Assembly (NCBI GenBank): GCA_028023455.1
Contig: JAQFVV010000009.1
Coordinates: 9,858,001-9,922,000 of the forward strand
Direction of reading: 5' to 3'
From: Epiperipatus broadwayi
Taxonomy: Eukaryota; Animalia; Onychophora
DNA length: 64,000 nucleotides
This document shows positions 12,018 to 26,470 of this stretch, piece after piece (position 1 is the stretch's first letter; the number at the start of each line of letters is the position of its first letter). The notes under the pieces are model-generated. The model was not told the DNA's origin, did not search any database, and saw only the letters and a list, made by a program, of their open reading frames with translations. The translations under genes were made by a program, and so were the position numbers.

Positions 12018-15000
12018 CTGTAAAATGTTAGTTATGGAATACTTCATTAACAATAAAAACATGTCATCAAAATGAATAATTTTAATGGAATATTAATAAG
12101 TTAGAATAATATGGATTAAATATAATATATATCTAAACAGTAGAAAACATCATGAAATTTTCAGCAGAATATTTAAAAGAGTGAATCATAAAATTTTGGG
12201 TCTACATAATAAGCATTGTTTTTCAACGGAGTTACAATTTGATGGGCATAAATAAAAGTTTAACACACAAATTTTTTTTTTACATTTTTTGTTTTGAGAA
12301 TATGTTTGTTTAATATACAAGAAAATATAACATTACCAAAAAGAAGAGATTAAAGCAAATTGTAAACAAAAAGAAAAACAATATATTTCTTAATAATAAT
12401 TTAGTTTATTTAAATAAAAGTATGTTTGTTTTCTTCATTTATATTTAAAAAGAAAATAGGTTTTCATGTATAAATATTTATGGGTGACATTAATGGAATT
12501 GTATATTTAATAAACATTTATAATATAATATTTCTATGAATATAAATTAATAAGCTTATGCTTATTATGATAAGAAAAGTAGTAAACAATTAAACATACT
12601 AATTAAATTTTGCAAAATACATCTTGATGTATTTATTTAGCTGTTAATCTATTTTTCTTTTTGGTTTTCTTAATGTATTGTTCACAATATATGATAAATA
12701 CATTTATAAAATAATATAATTAGTATAATAGATAAATGGTAATATACTCAGTTGTAAACTATTCAACAAAGAAAATTTTATTTGCTTTTTAATTTTACAT
12801 ATATATATATTTTATTATATTGTTTATATTAATAAATTTTCATTTTTATTAATTAAATTGGTTTTTCATGATCATTAATAATTAAATTATTACATTCCAT
12901 ATTGATTTAAATCTTGATAGTCTATACTTTTTTTTACATTCATGTATTTATTATATTAGCTAACCAGAATATTAGATAAGCATTCTACATGTTTCATTTA
13001 TTTTAATATTATTACAATTGGAAATCCAAGCAGTCTGAATATGACTTTTTACCTGAGGGAAATATTATTACATTTGGGATCCTTAAAAGTGAGGTTTGTC
13101 TAATACAATTTTTTAATACTATTACAATGTATATATACATGTTGAAGAATCTATTCTTTAGCAAAAAGTACTGCCAAGCACTAATAAAAACAAACAAACT
13201 ATTATTAGTACAGAATATTAAATCATAAAAAACAAATAAATTGTAATATATATATATTACATTTCGATTTACAAGTGTCAAACTTTTTGCATTCACAATT
13301 TTGACACTAACCATTGCTGATAAATTAATGATTATTATTAATCATTTACTAAAAGTAGAAATTATCCCTCAGGTATAAATTTTAAATGTCAATTGATTAA
13401 TATATCTGTATATATAAATAAGCACATGGAATATCTTTAATCTTCATTTATCTTTTTCCTGTTAATACTTTTTAAAGATATATTTAAAATTGGTATCCCA
13501 CCATACATTCTTGAAATATATAAATAAAAACAGCCAAAAAAGACAAATTATCTCCATGATGTATATTTCATCAATTGGCCAAGATTTTAATCTTCATATA
13601 ATGTTGTCCTTTGATCAGTATTTATTATTGTCCAATAATTATATTTTGATTTAAAAGTGTCAAACTTATTTAATGTCAAGGTTGTAAGTGTAAAAGTATT
13701 TGATATCTGTCAATCAAAACATAATAATTTGATATTGTAATTAGAATTTTTTTTTTCTGCTAATTGTAATGGATATATATATATCAATGTTTTGAATATA
13801 TGAAAAAGATTATTTAGTATTAGAATCTTTAAAACTGGCTGAGCATGCTTTTGACTGCTAAGGCCAGAATTATAGCACTCATAGTCTGCAGGGTACATAA
13901 TGAGATTTAAATAAGGACTAATTTAAATAGTCCACTTTTTGGAAACAGAACACTATTTTTTTGTTGTTGATAATGTGAGGGTTATTAGAGATAAATTATG
14001 CCTTCCTTTATTTTGCATTTTCTATCGTCACATTCATAACATACAATGTTTATCTTTACTGAGTCAAAATATGGCTGTACTCCTGCTCATGCTGGTCAAT
14101 GCAAAGTATCCATCTTGGAAATCATATGCTTTTTTTGGATATCTTTATTCATATGTTTCAGGAATGTGTGTAGAGTGGTGTTTTTAAATATATATATATA
14201 TTTTAAAAAACAACTTTCCACTTAAAAACACTGATTAAATTATAAATTTCACCAGTGATAGACATCTTTAAGTGATAAACATGTTGTATGTTTATATATT
14301 TATAAAGGCTTCAATGTAATATTACTTGCACTTGTTGCCACAACCTGGGATTTGAATCATGTGAACATGACAATCTTAATTTCAAACCAACCTAAGAATT
14401 TTTTTTTCTTTCAGATAGCTGGCTCATGACCAAATTAACTATTCACGTAATATTATTCACTAAACGGCTATATAACTATTCTTAGATTGTGGTAAAACAG
14501 GATGGAAAAACTGATAAATGACAGACTAGTCTGGTGAACAATATCTTTTACTTTGATCTTCTTCAGGAAATGCTAGACATCTTTGCCCTTATAAATATAT
14601 TTTCCGTTTATATTTAAGCACACATATATATATGAAATCATATTCGATTGGAAAATTACTAAAATTGCATCGCTTTGTGAATAAATTGAAAAAATATTTT
14701 TGCGAAATGAAAAAAAAAAAAACTTGCTTGGAAATAATTTTATATTATCAGAATACATCTAAAGCATAATACAGTAAGTAATTTTCTACCGATTGAAAAA
14801 TTAATCGAATTCATGGCAATTCTTTGTTAAAGCAACACTTTTTTTTTTTGTTACAGACTGTAGAAGATGATTTTTCTCAAGCGGCAAATGATTCAATACA
14901 GAAATAAAAGACCGATGATAATTTGATCAACACCAGAAATAAACAGGAAACAAAATACACCAGCAGAACAAAAAAAAAAAAAAACAAAGCACAGAATTAA

Positions 15001-18000
15001 AACATCCATTCATCAATAGATTAAATTATCCAATAACTCTATAAATTTCTCTTTTTTGAGATTAAATAATAAGAAATCTTTTATTCATAAGAAATATTTG
15101 AGTAATATATAAAAAGGAATTAATATAGCACATCCAACTTTTACCAGTTAAATTTACAATTAACAATCAACAATTAACTTTTAATCATATATATATATAT
15201 TGTGTGAATTTGACAATTATGGCTTACAGAAAAAGTGAAGAGTCACCAGGTATTAGTCATACACATTTTTAACTAATTAATTCTGGCAATTCAATATTTA
15301 AGAGTTCCATCATTAATTTATGGAGCCTTGAGATATAGTGATTAACAATATGCTTTTAACAGTTGAACATATCTAGATGAGGATTTCTATGTAAGCTTAA
15401 TATGTACTTTTTTTTCTCCAGATGATTAACCAATAGTCAACTGAGCTAATTATTCAAATATATTGGTTAGTAAATGATTATCTAGCTATTCTTAGTTGGG
15501 GATAAACCAAACCTTTACTAACTAGTAATCGATTATTCAAGAATTCTCTCCTATCATCATTCCTTTTAGAAGAAATGCTGGAGAAAAAGTATTTGTTCTT
15601 TAGTTCATAATTTAAGGCTATTTCATTTTTTTTAAAAAAACTATTATTTTAATATATCATTAAAATTTCTGATAAGATATAGATTTTAGGCAGTTTAACT
15701 TCCTCTTCAACCTCACAAGTTTAAAATTGTTATAAATTATACATATTCTAAATCACAGTGTTTCTGTTGATACTCCCTTAACATAGTTTATTCTACCATT
15801 CTTTTTTAAAAGCTACTCAATAAATTTATTTCAATAAAATCTAATGTTTAGATATTATATCATAAAAATGACAATCCTTAATCATATTTTCTCTTTTTCT
15901 TGTTTCCATGAGATTTGCAGGCCTCCCCCCCCCCCCAACTTTATAATCCATCTAAACTGTCAGCTTCCATGCTTGTAAGATCATTTTCACAGACTTTCTC
16001 CATGCTCCTATTGTTTTTCGATGAATATTTTCTGCTATAATCAAGTAGTATATAATGTAGATCATTTCTTTTACATAATCAAAGTTCAAAATCTTATTTC
16101 TGACAAGTTAATTATTAAAAATTATAAATAATTAAGATGAGAAAGTGAGACTGTTAAAACAAGGAATGTATCTCAATACTTTATAAATATTGCAGTAGTT
16201 GTTATACAGATGTATTTATCTTGGCAAACAAATAATTAAATCATTGCTTTAGCTTCAATACAATAAAACTACTTAATATTTTGATATGAAAAATTTTAAA
16301 ATGAATTAATCCATGTAAAAGTTGCAGTGTTAATAAATAATGAATGAATGCATAGAGAATTGTTGGGAATGCAAAGAGGTTTCACATCCAAAAGCAAAAA
16401 AAAAACAAAACAAAACAATGAGTATTCCTAGTTCATTTAGGTGAAACTGATTCTCATTGATTATTTTTTAAAAAAAATCCTTTGCATCACTAAATAGATT
16501 GATAACATGGAAATTTATAAATGCTTTAGATTATTCTGAGTTTATGGCTAATATAAAAATATAAAAATTATTTTTCATACAGTCATGTAGAGTTTATCTA
16601 AATAATTGTCACATAATCAATCTTTCACATTCTCATTCTCCAATCTTTAGTTTTATCAAATCAAACAATCATTATTCTGAAAATATTTAATATTAATTAT
16701 TTCAATCAGAATATAAAAGGGGAGCTATTTCCCCATGACTTGATAATATAATTACAAAACAAAAGTGCTTTGCTGTTTTCAAGAAAGGTTTGAAATATTT
16801 CTTGCATATTTACAAAAATGTATTTATATTTTTCTCCAGATGACGATTTTTTTTCCCCCCAATTATTTCTTTTATTTAATATTAATCCAATGGCAGTTAT
16901 CAACACTTCAAGAATAATTTTTACTTTGAATACTCTCAGTTATTTCAATAACATTTTAATTGTGTGTTTCTATTTGTAGAAATTCATGCAGGGACCTCCT
17001 CCCACCAGTCATTAAAAGCCTGTTTGGCTATTATAAGAAAAATAATGAGATTTGCTTTAATTAAAACTATGAAGTATATGCTATTAATATGTTTTGATGT
17101 ATTATCTTTATTTAATTAAATCAAGAAAACGAAAATTAATTAGAATAAAAAACAAAAATATCTGGAGCAGCAGAAAAATTTAGTTGATGGATTACGCCTG
17201 TTTATTCTGCACAACTGATTTCAAGTTTAGTTATTAAAATAATCCTCTCCAGCCTTTAATTTCAGAGTTTATTTCTTTTTTTTACTAAACATACATGTTA
17301 TTATTTTTCTGACATTTTAAATTGGTTATAACAAAAATTTAAAGCATTTTATTACTTATTATTATTGCTATTTTTAATAACTGATAAAATTGACTTCTTA
17401 TATATATAAACATAAAAACGGCAGTTCTTTTTTTTTTTGATTAACAAACTTTATATATATTTTGCATGACACCAAACAGCTCATTAAGACATATTCATAT
17501 TTATTTAATGTACAGAATGTTTAAGAAACTATCCAATTTTATTTATTTATTACTTGTTTCAGCAGAAATATAGTATAAATCTATATATATAAGTGCCCAA
17601 AATAAACATATCTAAATATATTAAACATTAATAGCTAGATCAATCAGCCTTTAAATAGCTCATTCCAAGGTAAAAGCTTCTTCAATAATCCTTCATAAAA
17701 AAAAAAAACCTAGATAACTATTAACCAATTAATTTTAGATGGTTGTTAGATTGGTTCTATGCACTGGGGGGGGGGGGGCTAATGTTGATTGAAATTTTTT
17801 AAGTTAATCAGTTCAAATGCTGATCACAAACTGTGGCCAGTAAGTATACAATCATTACATCAAAAGGTTCAGATGAAATGATTTTTTTTCTAAAAAAAAA
17901 CTTAATACCTGATGTCTTGTTAGATTGTATAAATTAGATTTTTTTTTTTTTTAAGTTATTAACATGCTTGGAGAATATTAACTATTTTTAAAAAACCTCT

Positions 18001-21000
18001 AGTGCAATTTGAATTTAAATTTCTGATCGTGGGCATGGAAAGCTAATATGTTAACTACACATGGCAAGACCTCATACATTATGCACAAAGTCAGTGATAA
18101 GGTAAATTTAAGATTCATACTTAGAAATTCAGAGACATTATAGTCATTAATACATGTAACATGTAAAATACCAGTTAATTATTATTAATGGATTTTTAAT
18201 TTTTTTTCAATATCTCATTTTTTATATAACTACAAGCAGTTTTTAAATTAACAATATACGAAATAATAAATAATTCCTATAAGTATTTTCTTTACTAAAA
18301 AATTGTGCTCGGAAAGATTAATGGTGAAAAAAGATAAAACCAGTAATGATGTGAATAGATGATTATATCTTTGAGTAACTTAAAAAAATTAACAAATGAT
18401 ATATTGTTTAGGAGAAATTCCATTTATATGATCCCTAGAAATGATAATGATGAGAATAATGATAATGAAGAAGTCTATAAAAAAAAAAAAAGAGTATCAT
18501 AAATGTATAAATCATGAGTTAGCCATTTATAGGTAAAAAATTGCCCCTACACAAATAATAAAAGTTGCACCATATTTCAAATGTTTTTTCTTAATGGCAA
18601 AAATATACATTTAACTAGCATCAGCTAAATCACTGATTTGGAAAATATGGACTGACCTCATTAACAAAATCCAAGCTTACTTAGGAAATTCTCAACTATC
18701 TGAAAACAAATCTCTAAGCTCTACCACATTTAAATTCCATATCATAATAAAAAAAATTATAAGTGCATTCATTTCTTTAAGATGGTGAATATTGACTACT
18801 TTATTAACATTATAGCTACATAAAACTACATAAAAATTAATTTAAATTACAATTAAACTTATTTAATATTTAAAATTTTAAGTCATTCTACTATAAAAGC
18901 AAAAGATTTCAACTTCTGAGTAAGGCCATACAATAACAAACTGATCATTTTTGAACAATATGAAAATAAATATAATTTTATATTCAGATAGTTCCCAACT
19001 TACATAAATAGTTCATTCCATAACTTCTGGCTTAACTAAACAATTCTCACTTTTATATTACAGAGTATTTGATGACATTGCTATCACTTTCAACCTTTTC
19101 ACTCTCTTGTGATTATCTATAACATTTTTCCAATCATGCTATCATTTGATGACAGAAATTGGAACTACTTTTAAAAAAATCCCAAGATGTCAATATTTTA
19201 TGGAGAAAAGACTACAAAAATGCCAACAAGGTGATAGATTGAAAAAGCAGTTACAAGACCACTTGTAAACTATTTTTCTATTATCATCAGCAATGAGCAA
19301 AGAAATTATATATTTTCTATAATTTATTTAAATATTTATGATTATTTTTTCCAAAATATTTGTAAAGTAATTATTAAAAAAAATATTCTCATAATTACAC
19401 TTAGATTTTATTCAAATATGTTTTATTTATAAAAATACAAAGTTAAGAAATTTATAATAATGGTATAAATTTCTTAACAAGTACAATCGATAACGCTCTG
19501 CCAAATACTGTGGTGCAGAACTGTGCTATTTTAATAACTATTATAAATGCAGTTTTAAATTTTAAAACAGAATTTATGATGACTGAACAATAATTCATAT
19601 AAGTTTTAGAAATGAAGCTAATATGATTTTTATGTTTCATTTGTAAATGTATATTTCTAAATATTCATAATATAGAATAATGGTTTTAATATTAAAATAA
19701 AATGTAGAATTATAATTCGAATCACCATCAGGAGATGATGCAAAAATGGTGAAACTTAGAAGAGTTAATTCAAATTTTGTTAGATGCTCTGAAATTAAAA
19801 TTATTATAAGCAATTAAATTTTTTTTGTTGCTAATAAATAAAAAATATATTTCCTTTTTTTTTTCAACTATGAATGATATAATAATAAAGCAATGTTTAT
19901 TTTAGTATTAACAAATGTATTAAAAAAACTTATCTTTTTTTATACTACTAAATTGAATTATTATTCAATATTGAAAGATTATCATAAACATTGAATATTC
20001 TGTATGATTTCTATAAAACATTTTTTTATGTCAAATACTTTGTATCTAAGTGAGAAGCAGCCTGTACAATAGATCAATAAAATAAAAAATATTCATTACT
20101 TTACTATAGAACAATTTAATATAAATATGTCTAATGAATATTAGATGATAAGGCTAACAAAATACTCAAAATAGTTTCTGGCTATTGACTTTCATTAGTA
20201 TCTAATGCTTTCCAATGATTTATCATATTTATAATAAACAGATATAAGAAATAGCATGTAAATATAGAAGGATGTATATTGGTGATTTATTTGTCAATTC
20301 CAGAAACTATAACATAAGCATTAGGTTAGTTAATATTAAGTGATAGTATAATCAAATACTATCATTAGTAATTGATTTTTTAGGTGGAAGATATTGAATT
20401 GCATTATCTCTGCTATTTAAACCATATCTTGTGAAATTTATTTTAATTACAAGCTCAATTTTGCACATTTTTAGCAGAAAACAGAAACAAACAATAAAAG
20501 ACAAACCTAAGTTAAGTACAATCTTAAGATATAATATAAAAATAATAAATTACCTCGAATACACAAATAATGTTCCTTCAACTTCTGTCCGTTCCTAATT
20601 AAAAAAAAATAATAATTGAAATATATTTTAAATGTTATTAAATAATATAAAATATAATTTAAATTAAAAACAATGATTTGCATGGAGAAAAAAAACCCAA
20701 AAAACAAATAAATCATTTCAACTATTTCTATTCATTGGATCATCTTACCATTTCTTATATTGCACTTCAGAATTATAAAAAAAAAAAAACAATGACATAC
20801 AAAATTATGTTTAGTGTTTATGAACAATAGTAAAAAAAAGAATGAGAAGCAAGTAGTTAAAAGTGCCAAGTAACAGAGAAGTTATTAATAGTTCTATGTT
20901 AAAGTACAGATTATACAATTTTAATAATATATTTTATTAGTCATTCATTAAATTAATGATTGTTCAATAATGAATAATATTTCTGTAAATGTTATTTTCA

Positions 21001-21350
21001 CTGTACCACTCTCACACAAGATAGGGACTGGTTTCTAACCACCTTTAACATCTTGTGGAGGGATGTAATCATAAACATACAACCAAAGACATCTGAAAAA
21101 GATATATAATCCCCAATATGCACATTTTGTGCCAAACCAGACTTCATCAGTTGGCTCAAACCATAATCTCTTAGATTTTCAAAGGAGATATCTTCTTTTT
21201 TGAATTAATCCATACAACTTCCAAAAGAATAAGAACTTTCAATCTAAAGATTCCACCTCAGTCTTTTAAACTTGATAGAAAGGCAACTAATTTTCAATTT
21301 GTTTCTTCTACATTATTATGGTTATCTTTTAGGAACAGAAAGAAAAAAGT

Positions 21351-23170
21351 ATTTATTTAGCATATAGATTTTTTTAACAGCTTAACTAATAATAAAACAC
21401 AGTAAAGGAGTCTGCAGATACTCCAACTAGAGACAGAATCACCAATGACTTTATAAAGTTCTTATTCTGCCAATATAATCATAGACTTGAATAATTAAGT
21501 ATATGGTTCAGTTTGTGTTTGAGCATGTATACATAGATCAGAGATTGATAAATTTCATTTATGAAGCAGATGAGTACAACAACCATGGGTTTGTCCTGCA
21601 ACTGTTGATGACACTCCAATTGTGTCAAGAAAGATCAAATCCAGTTAACTTTATTTTTGGATCTGGAAAAAGAAATTTGTTTGGAATATCATAAGAATTC
21701 TATTTTTTTACATCATAAATTTTTGTTTATATATTCTTGGGTTAGTATCCAAAAGGGCAAACATGACAGAAAATGGGTCTTAGGTGGCAGAACTATATTT
21801 TGAATTATTGGCAAATCTATTCTGCTTAACTTTTTATACATTTTTATGAGAAGAAACTTCTCTTCCAATATCTGCTAGAGGCATATATGAAAAGAACAGA
21901 AAGCCACTGCAAAAAAATAGAAATGAATGCACTAGTAATTTTATCATGATAATATTTAATTGAATATTCAGAAATTTAATATGGAAACTTTTTTTCAAAT
22001 ACATGAAACAATATTCACTCGGCAGAATATGCTAGGCTGAAGAACCTAACCTTAAAATATTTTTGTCACAACTCCAAGTAATGTCAGCAAGCTTTCCAAG
22101 GAGATTATTCTTAGATATTAATTTTAATTTAATCTTAGATAAATGAGGAAAATATAACTTAATTAAGATAGAGAAGAATTTTGTTTGTCTATTATTGTAA
22201 AAGGTTATATTCAGATGAATAGATACCCTATTGTTTTGATGAAAAATTGAGCATGCTGTTTTCATAAGATTAGGAATAAGACATCAGACTTTGAAAAGAT
22301 TTTTAATCTTTTCATATCCTTATTGAGAAACTTTTCAAATATGGGGAAGGGTCTTCTTTTGAAAGTCAAAGCAATTTCATTAGCACAAAAAATTTCCTGC
22401 ATTTTGTTTAAGGAAGATCACTAATGAATACATTAAATAAAGTAGGTGTGAGAATCAAACTCTGGAAAGACCATTCTGTAAAATTTTACATCTATTGCAA
22501 TTATAATTTAATATTACTTGAATTTCCTTATGCAATAGCATTTTGAGAAGTAAATTAATGGTTTTCCTACATTTAAGAATTTTAGAAACTTTTAGAAGAC
22601 CACTTTGAAAGGTCACAATATTTTTTAAGTTATTTTAAAAGTCTTTTCAATATAAGTTGTTAAAGATATAACTTGTTCATAGAAACCTCTTTCTGGTCTA
22701 AACCCAGTTTGCGCTATAGTTACACAATTTAAAACTATTAGTAAAATTCTTGTTAATACGATTCTTTCAAAAAGCTTGCAAAAATCATTGCTAGGTCTAT
22801 TTAGTTTTAAAACTAGTTTTGCATTTATGCCAAAATTCTACAATAGTTTCTGTATGACTAATGTTAGTGAACAGTTTTGCCAACCATAATCAAAAAATCA
22901 ATACCTCAGAAGATATCATTTTTTTATTGAAGCAAAACATATATTGAGATGTTTCTGTTTACCGTCTGTTTGAATGGAAAGTATCTCATTGTTTGGAATT
23001 GTAAAGTAAGTATATGTTATTAAAATCCATCCTCTTTAAAAGTTAACAAGCTGCTTAATCTTTGAAATATCCTATAAATACAGAAAGTGAAGGAAGATCT
23101 GGATAAGGAGATAGGGCCAGATTTTATTGGGAGATTTGTAAACAATGCCTTTATACAAATTAATTATGTA
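21351..23170 (-). mobile_element. Degenerate 5'-truncated Vingi/Ingi-like LINE
   Basis: Minus-strand motifs in order: WLAKLFTNI, KLLKRIVLTRI, QTGFRPERGFYEQVISLTTYIEK, QNGL..LILTPTLFNVFISDLP, KTACSIFHQNNR, KNNLLGKLADITW...LR, GFDLS*HNWSVINSCRT and HGCCTHLLHK. The 3' end TATGCTAAATAAAT resembles Vingi termini as I recall them. Confidence 0.8.
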
Positions 23171-23387
23171 TCCAAATTGTGATTGCAATATCATTTTCAA
23201 TATAAATTGCTTGCTTTATAAAATGGTTTGAAACAAAAGTAGCCATATCAAGTTTACAATATATTTTACCAATAATCAATGTAAATTTAGAATTTTTTAA
23301 AAAGATATATATTATTAAAACAATAATGAATCTCCTGAACTACAAAAAATTAATTTATAAAAAAATCCCCCCCCCCCTTTTTATTGT

Positions 23388-23820
23388 AATGTAAGTTGAA
23401 GTAATATTATTGTTTCCTGGCTGGACTTGAGATTTTTTTATGAATGCTAACACAAAGTAATCTTTTTCATTTTTAAAAGTCCTAGGACTTTCACTTGTGT
23501 ATTTTTAGTTCAGCTACCTTCCATAATACCATCATAGTTCACATGAATAGTTTTATCATGTAATTTCACATTTTGTATCTTTAACCAAGAGTTCATCAAG
23601 ACTGAATGTAAGTTGAAGTAATATTATTGTTTCCTGGCTGGCACTTGAGATTTTTTTATGAATGCTAACACAAAGTAATCTTTTTCATTTTAAAAGTCCT
23701 AGGACTCTCACTTGTGTATTCTTGGTTCAGCTACCTCCCACAATACCATTATAATTCACATGAATAGTTTTATTGTGTAATTTCATATTTTGTATCTTTA
23801 ACCAAGAGTTCATCAAGACC
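23388..23820. repeat. 217-bp tandem duplication (2 copies)
   Basis: AATGTAAGTTGAAGTAATATTATTGTTTCCTGGCTGG starts at both 23388 and 23605. The copies differ by scattered substitutions and 1-bp indels. Confidence 0.95.
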
Positions 23821-24731
23821 GAGTCTGGTTTCTATGTGAAGACTAATTCTTTCAAATGCTAATGCAAATCACTTGCAGAATGGCCATGATAAAGCTATCA
23901 TCCATTCAACCCCCCAAAAAAATTATTACAATTTAATAAAGATTAAAAAACAAGTTATACAGTGAAGCAATGTTACTTTTATCAAGGACTCAACTACCAC
24001 ATTATCAATTCTTTTAGAAGTTTATCATTCACTATGGTTCTGTTTGTTGAGCTAATCATTATGACTTAATCAATCACAAACTTGCCTTATAATAATTTAT
24101 AATTTGTTATTTAAAGTAAGAAATTTATGTCAAACAGGAGTGGTCACTACTTCCAAAACATTCAACATAAACATATATTTAATAAATATTAAAACATACT
24201 AATTATGTACTGACTGTAATTAATTTATGTACATTTGGGAATATTGGTCATTTATTAATCAATTGACTATTTTAGATATAATTGGTTATAATAATTAATA
24301 TCCCGTTTGTGATTAAAATTATAGTACTATCAATATTAAATTAATTTATTACAATATTTATGAAGAAAAAATGTTTCACAAGAAAGGATTACAAACTCTG
24401 CATGAATAGCAAATGAAAATAATGTCTGATGCTAAATTGAATGTAAAGAAAACTTTTTATTTTGTAAATACAAAATAGAAATAAAATTTAAGAAATTTTT
24501 TTTGAAAAACTTTAAAGTAAAATTTATTTATTTATTTTAATATTCCATTGCAATCATTTTTAGTGTTTTCATTTTAAAATGTCATTCAGTTATTTTGCAG
24601 ATGTGCTGTACAACCATTAGTCTGATTTACAACTTCTTATAATAAGCACTATTTTATGTAGATTAATACAAAAATATTAAATGGTTAAAAGAAAAATATT
24701 AAAGATGAATGTAGATAATTTGGAAACTCAC

Positions 24732-24790
24732 CCGAGAAATGCACTTGAATGCTATAAACCCACAATGCTTAATAGTGCCAATATACCCTG
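24732..24790 (-). CDS. Candidate host exon (59 bp)
   Basis: Acceptor TATGCTTTTCAG, with a tandem NAGNAG alternative, and donor CGG|GTGAGT. One open frame: GYIGTIKHCGFIAFKCISR. Confidence 0.3.
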
Positions 24791-25028
24791 CTGAAAAGCA
24801 TATATACATAATTTAAAAGACAAACCATTACAAGCAGAATGCCTATTGAGAATTGCTGCATGCCTGATTATAAATATATAGATAACCAATAATAATCTGT
24901 CATTTGTAAAATTATTAAGCATTATTTTGAAGTGGAATACCACATTTTACAATTGTTTTTATAATTAACAAACAAGATTATTAGTAAATAAATAATTCAC
25001 TATGTGAAGATTATTAGTTTCCATATAC

Positions 25029-25094
25029 CTGTTGGGTGCTATGCTCAGAGCTCGACAGATGGTGGATAGTGGAATAATTTTCAGATATGGTCAT
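25029..25094 (-). CDS. Candidate host exon (66 bp)
   Basis: Acceptor TTTATTGTTTGCAG|ATG and donor CAG|GTATAT. Only frame 0 is open: MTISENYSTIHHLSSSEHSTQQ. Confidence 0.3.
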
Positions 25095-25598
25095 CTGCAA
25101 ACAATAAATATATGAGCCCAAAAAAGAGCTCTTGCTGCCTTGTAGAATAGAATGTTAGTTCATTAAAGGCTAGATACTATTGCTGATAGTCTTTTCTGTC
25201 TCCCTCTTTCCCTTTTCAGCTACTTAAGTTAGTGTAGGGTCCAGTTATGATGAGCCTCTCACCAACCACCATATTTCCTTCCCTTGTTAACTACATGCAC
25301 ATCATTTCTGATTGCAATTTCCTTTTTTTGTGTCATTTCTTTTAGTTCAAGAGACCTTGACAATTAAGAGAGCAATGATGTGGATAGACTTGTTAGGCCA
25401 ATAATCTGTAGTTGTGATTTTGTTCAAGGTAGCACAATCACTAATAAATTGGTTAGAAATTGGCTTTGTATGTTTAGGCAGAACCATTTAGGGATTCTCC
25501 CACAGCATGGAAGAGGAAGGGGTTTAGAAAATGCAGCCTAAAAATGACCACTCGCACAGTCTGGCTATATTGTTGTACCTAGCAGATTTTTCATTGCA

Positions 25599-26063
25599 GT
25601 GTTGGAAATAATAATATCAATAGTAGTGGTAAAAATGAATATTATAAAGCTAAATTTTTTGTTAGATATAGGTAGGTTAAATGTGCAAACTTTACTTGAT
25701 ATAATCTCTTTAAGAACAGAACAGACGATTGTGTTAGTGACTAAGGAGTTATCGAGATTTAAGATCAATAAAGCTGCTTTTAGTGAAACTTATCTTCTAC
25801 AGAAAGTTTAATAGAACAGATAGATGAATATAATTTTTTAAAGGAGGAGCAAATCAATTAGTAAAAGAAAAATGCATGATGGTGGATTTGCTGTAAAGCT
25901 TAATTTAGTATCTTATATTTTTGGAATTACTCATTATGTCAATGAAAGACTAATAGTGTTAAAACTATCCTTGTGCAATGACACTAATTACACAATTTAC
26001 TCACTAAAAAGAGTGATATGCATGCAACCAGCATTAAATATAGCAAGTGCTTCTGAATTCTAA
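25599..26063 (+). mobile_element. Degenerate APE-endonuclease 5' fragment of a second RTE lineage (BovB/RTE-1-like)
   Basis: LDIGRLNVQTLLD...EQTIVLVTKELSRFKINKAAFSET, followed by GGFAVK and VNERLIVLKL. These match IGTWNVRTL..ERRTALVA.EL.RY.IDIAALSET, GVGFAIK and INERLM.LRL. The element breaks off near 26060. Confidence 0.75.
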
Positions 26064-26470
26064 TCATAAAACAAGATTAGATATATTTAAATTTTTTCTC
26101 TCAGTTAACTATAATATAATGTGCCAAACTCTGTTTTTATATCTGGTTGCTTTATAAGAACAATAAATAAGTACATATAAACACATATACCTATTCTATT
26201 CATCTTCCATCAACATCTATTTCTTTAATTGGAGATTAGAGTGAAAGATTAAAGTCAGAAATCATCAACTTACAAATTTAATAAATGAAAGAGAGAATAA
26301 TAATAATATAAATTAAAACAAAATAATGAATAGACCAAGAAAATAAGTAAGAATGTTTTTATTTTGTTTTCTTACTATATCTTACATGCATAAATTTTTC
26401 ATGTATCCTGTTTAGAAGATTTATTTTATAATTATTAATTTCTTTTATCAAAGAAATTGAAATAAAATAC

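Noticed and set aside
13052-13373. TA|CCTGAGGGA...TCCCTCAGG|TA possible mariner MITE
   Set aside because: Only about 9 bp of inverted match plus TA, which is compatible with chance.
14783-14910. Short plus-strand intron plus terminal exon (TVEDDFSQAANDSIQK*)
   Set aside because: The upstream segment has no sustained open frame, so the support is splice-like motifs only.
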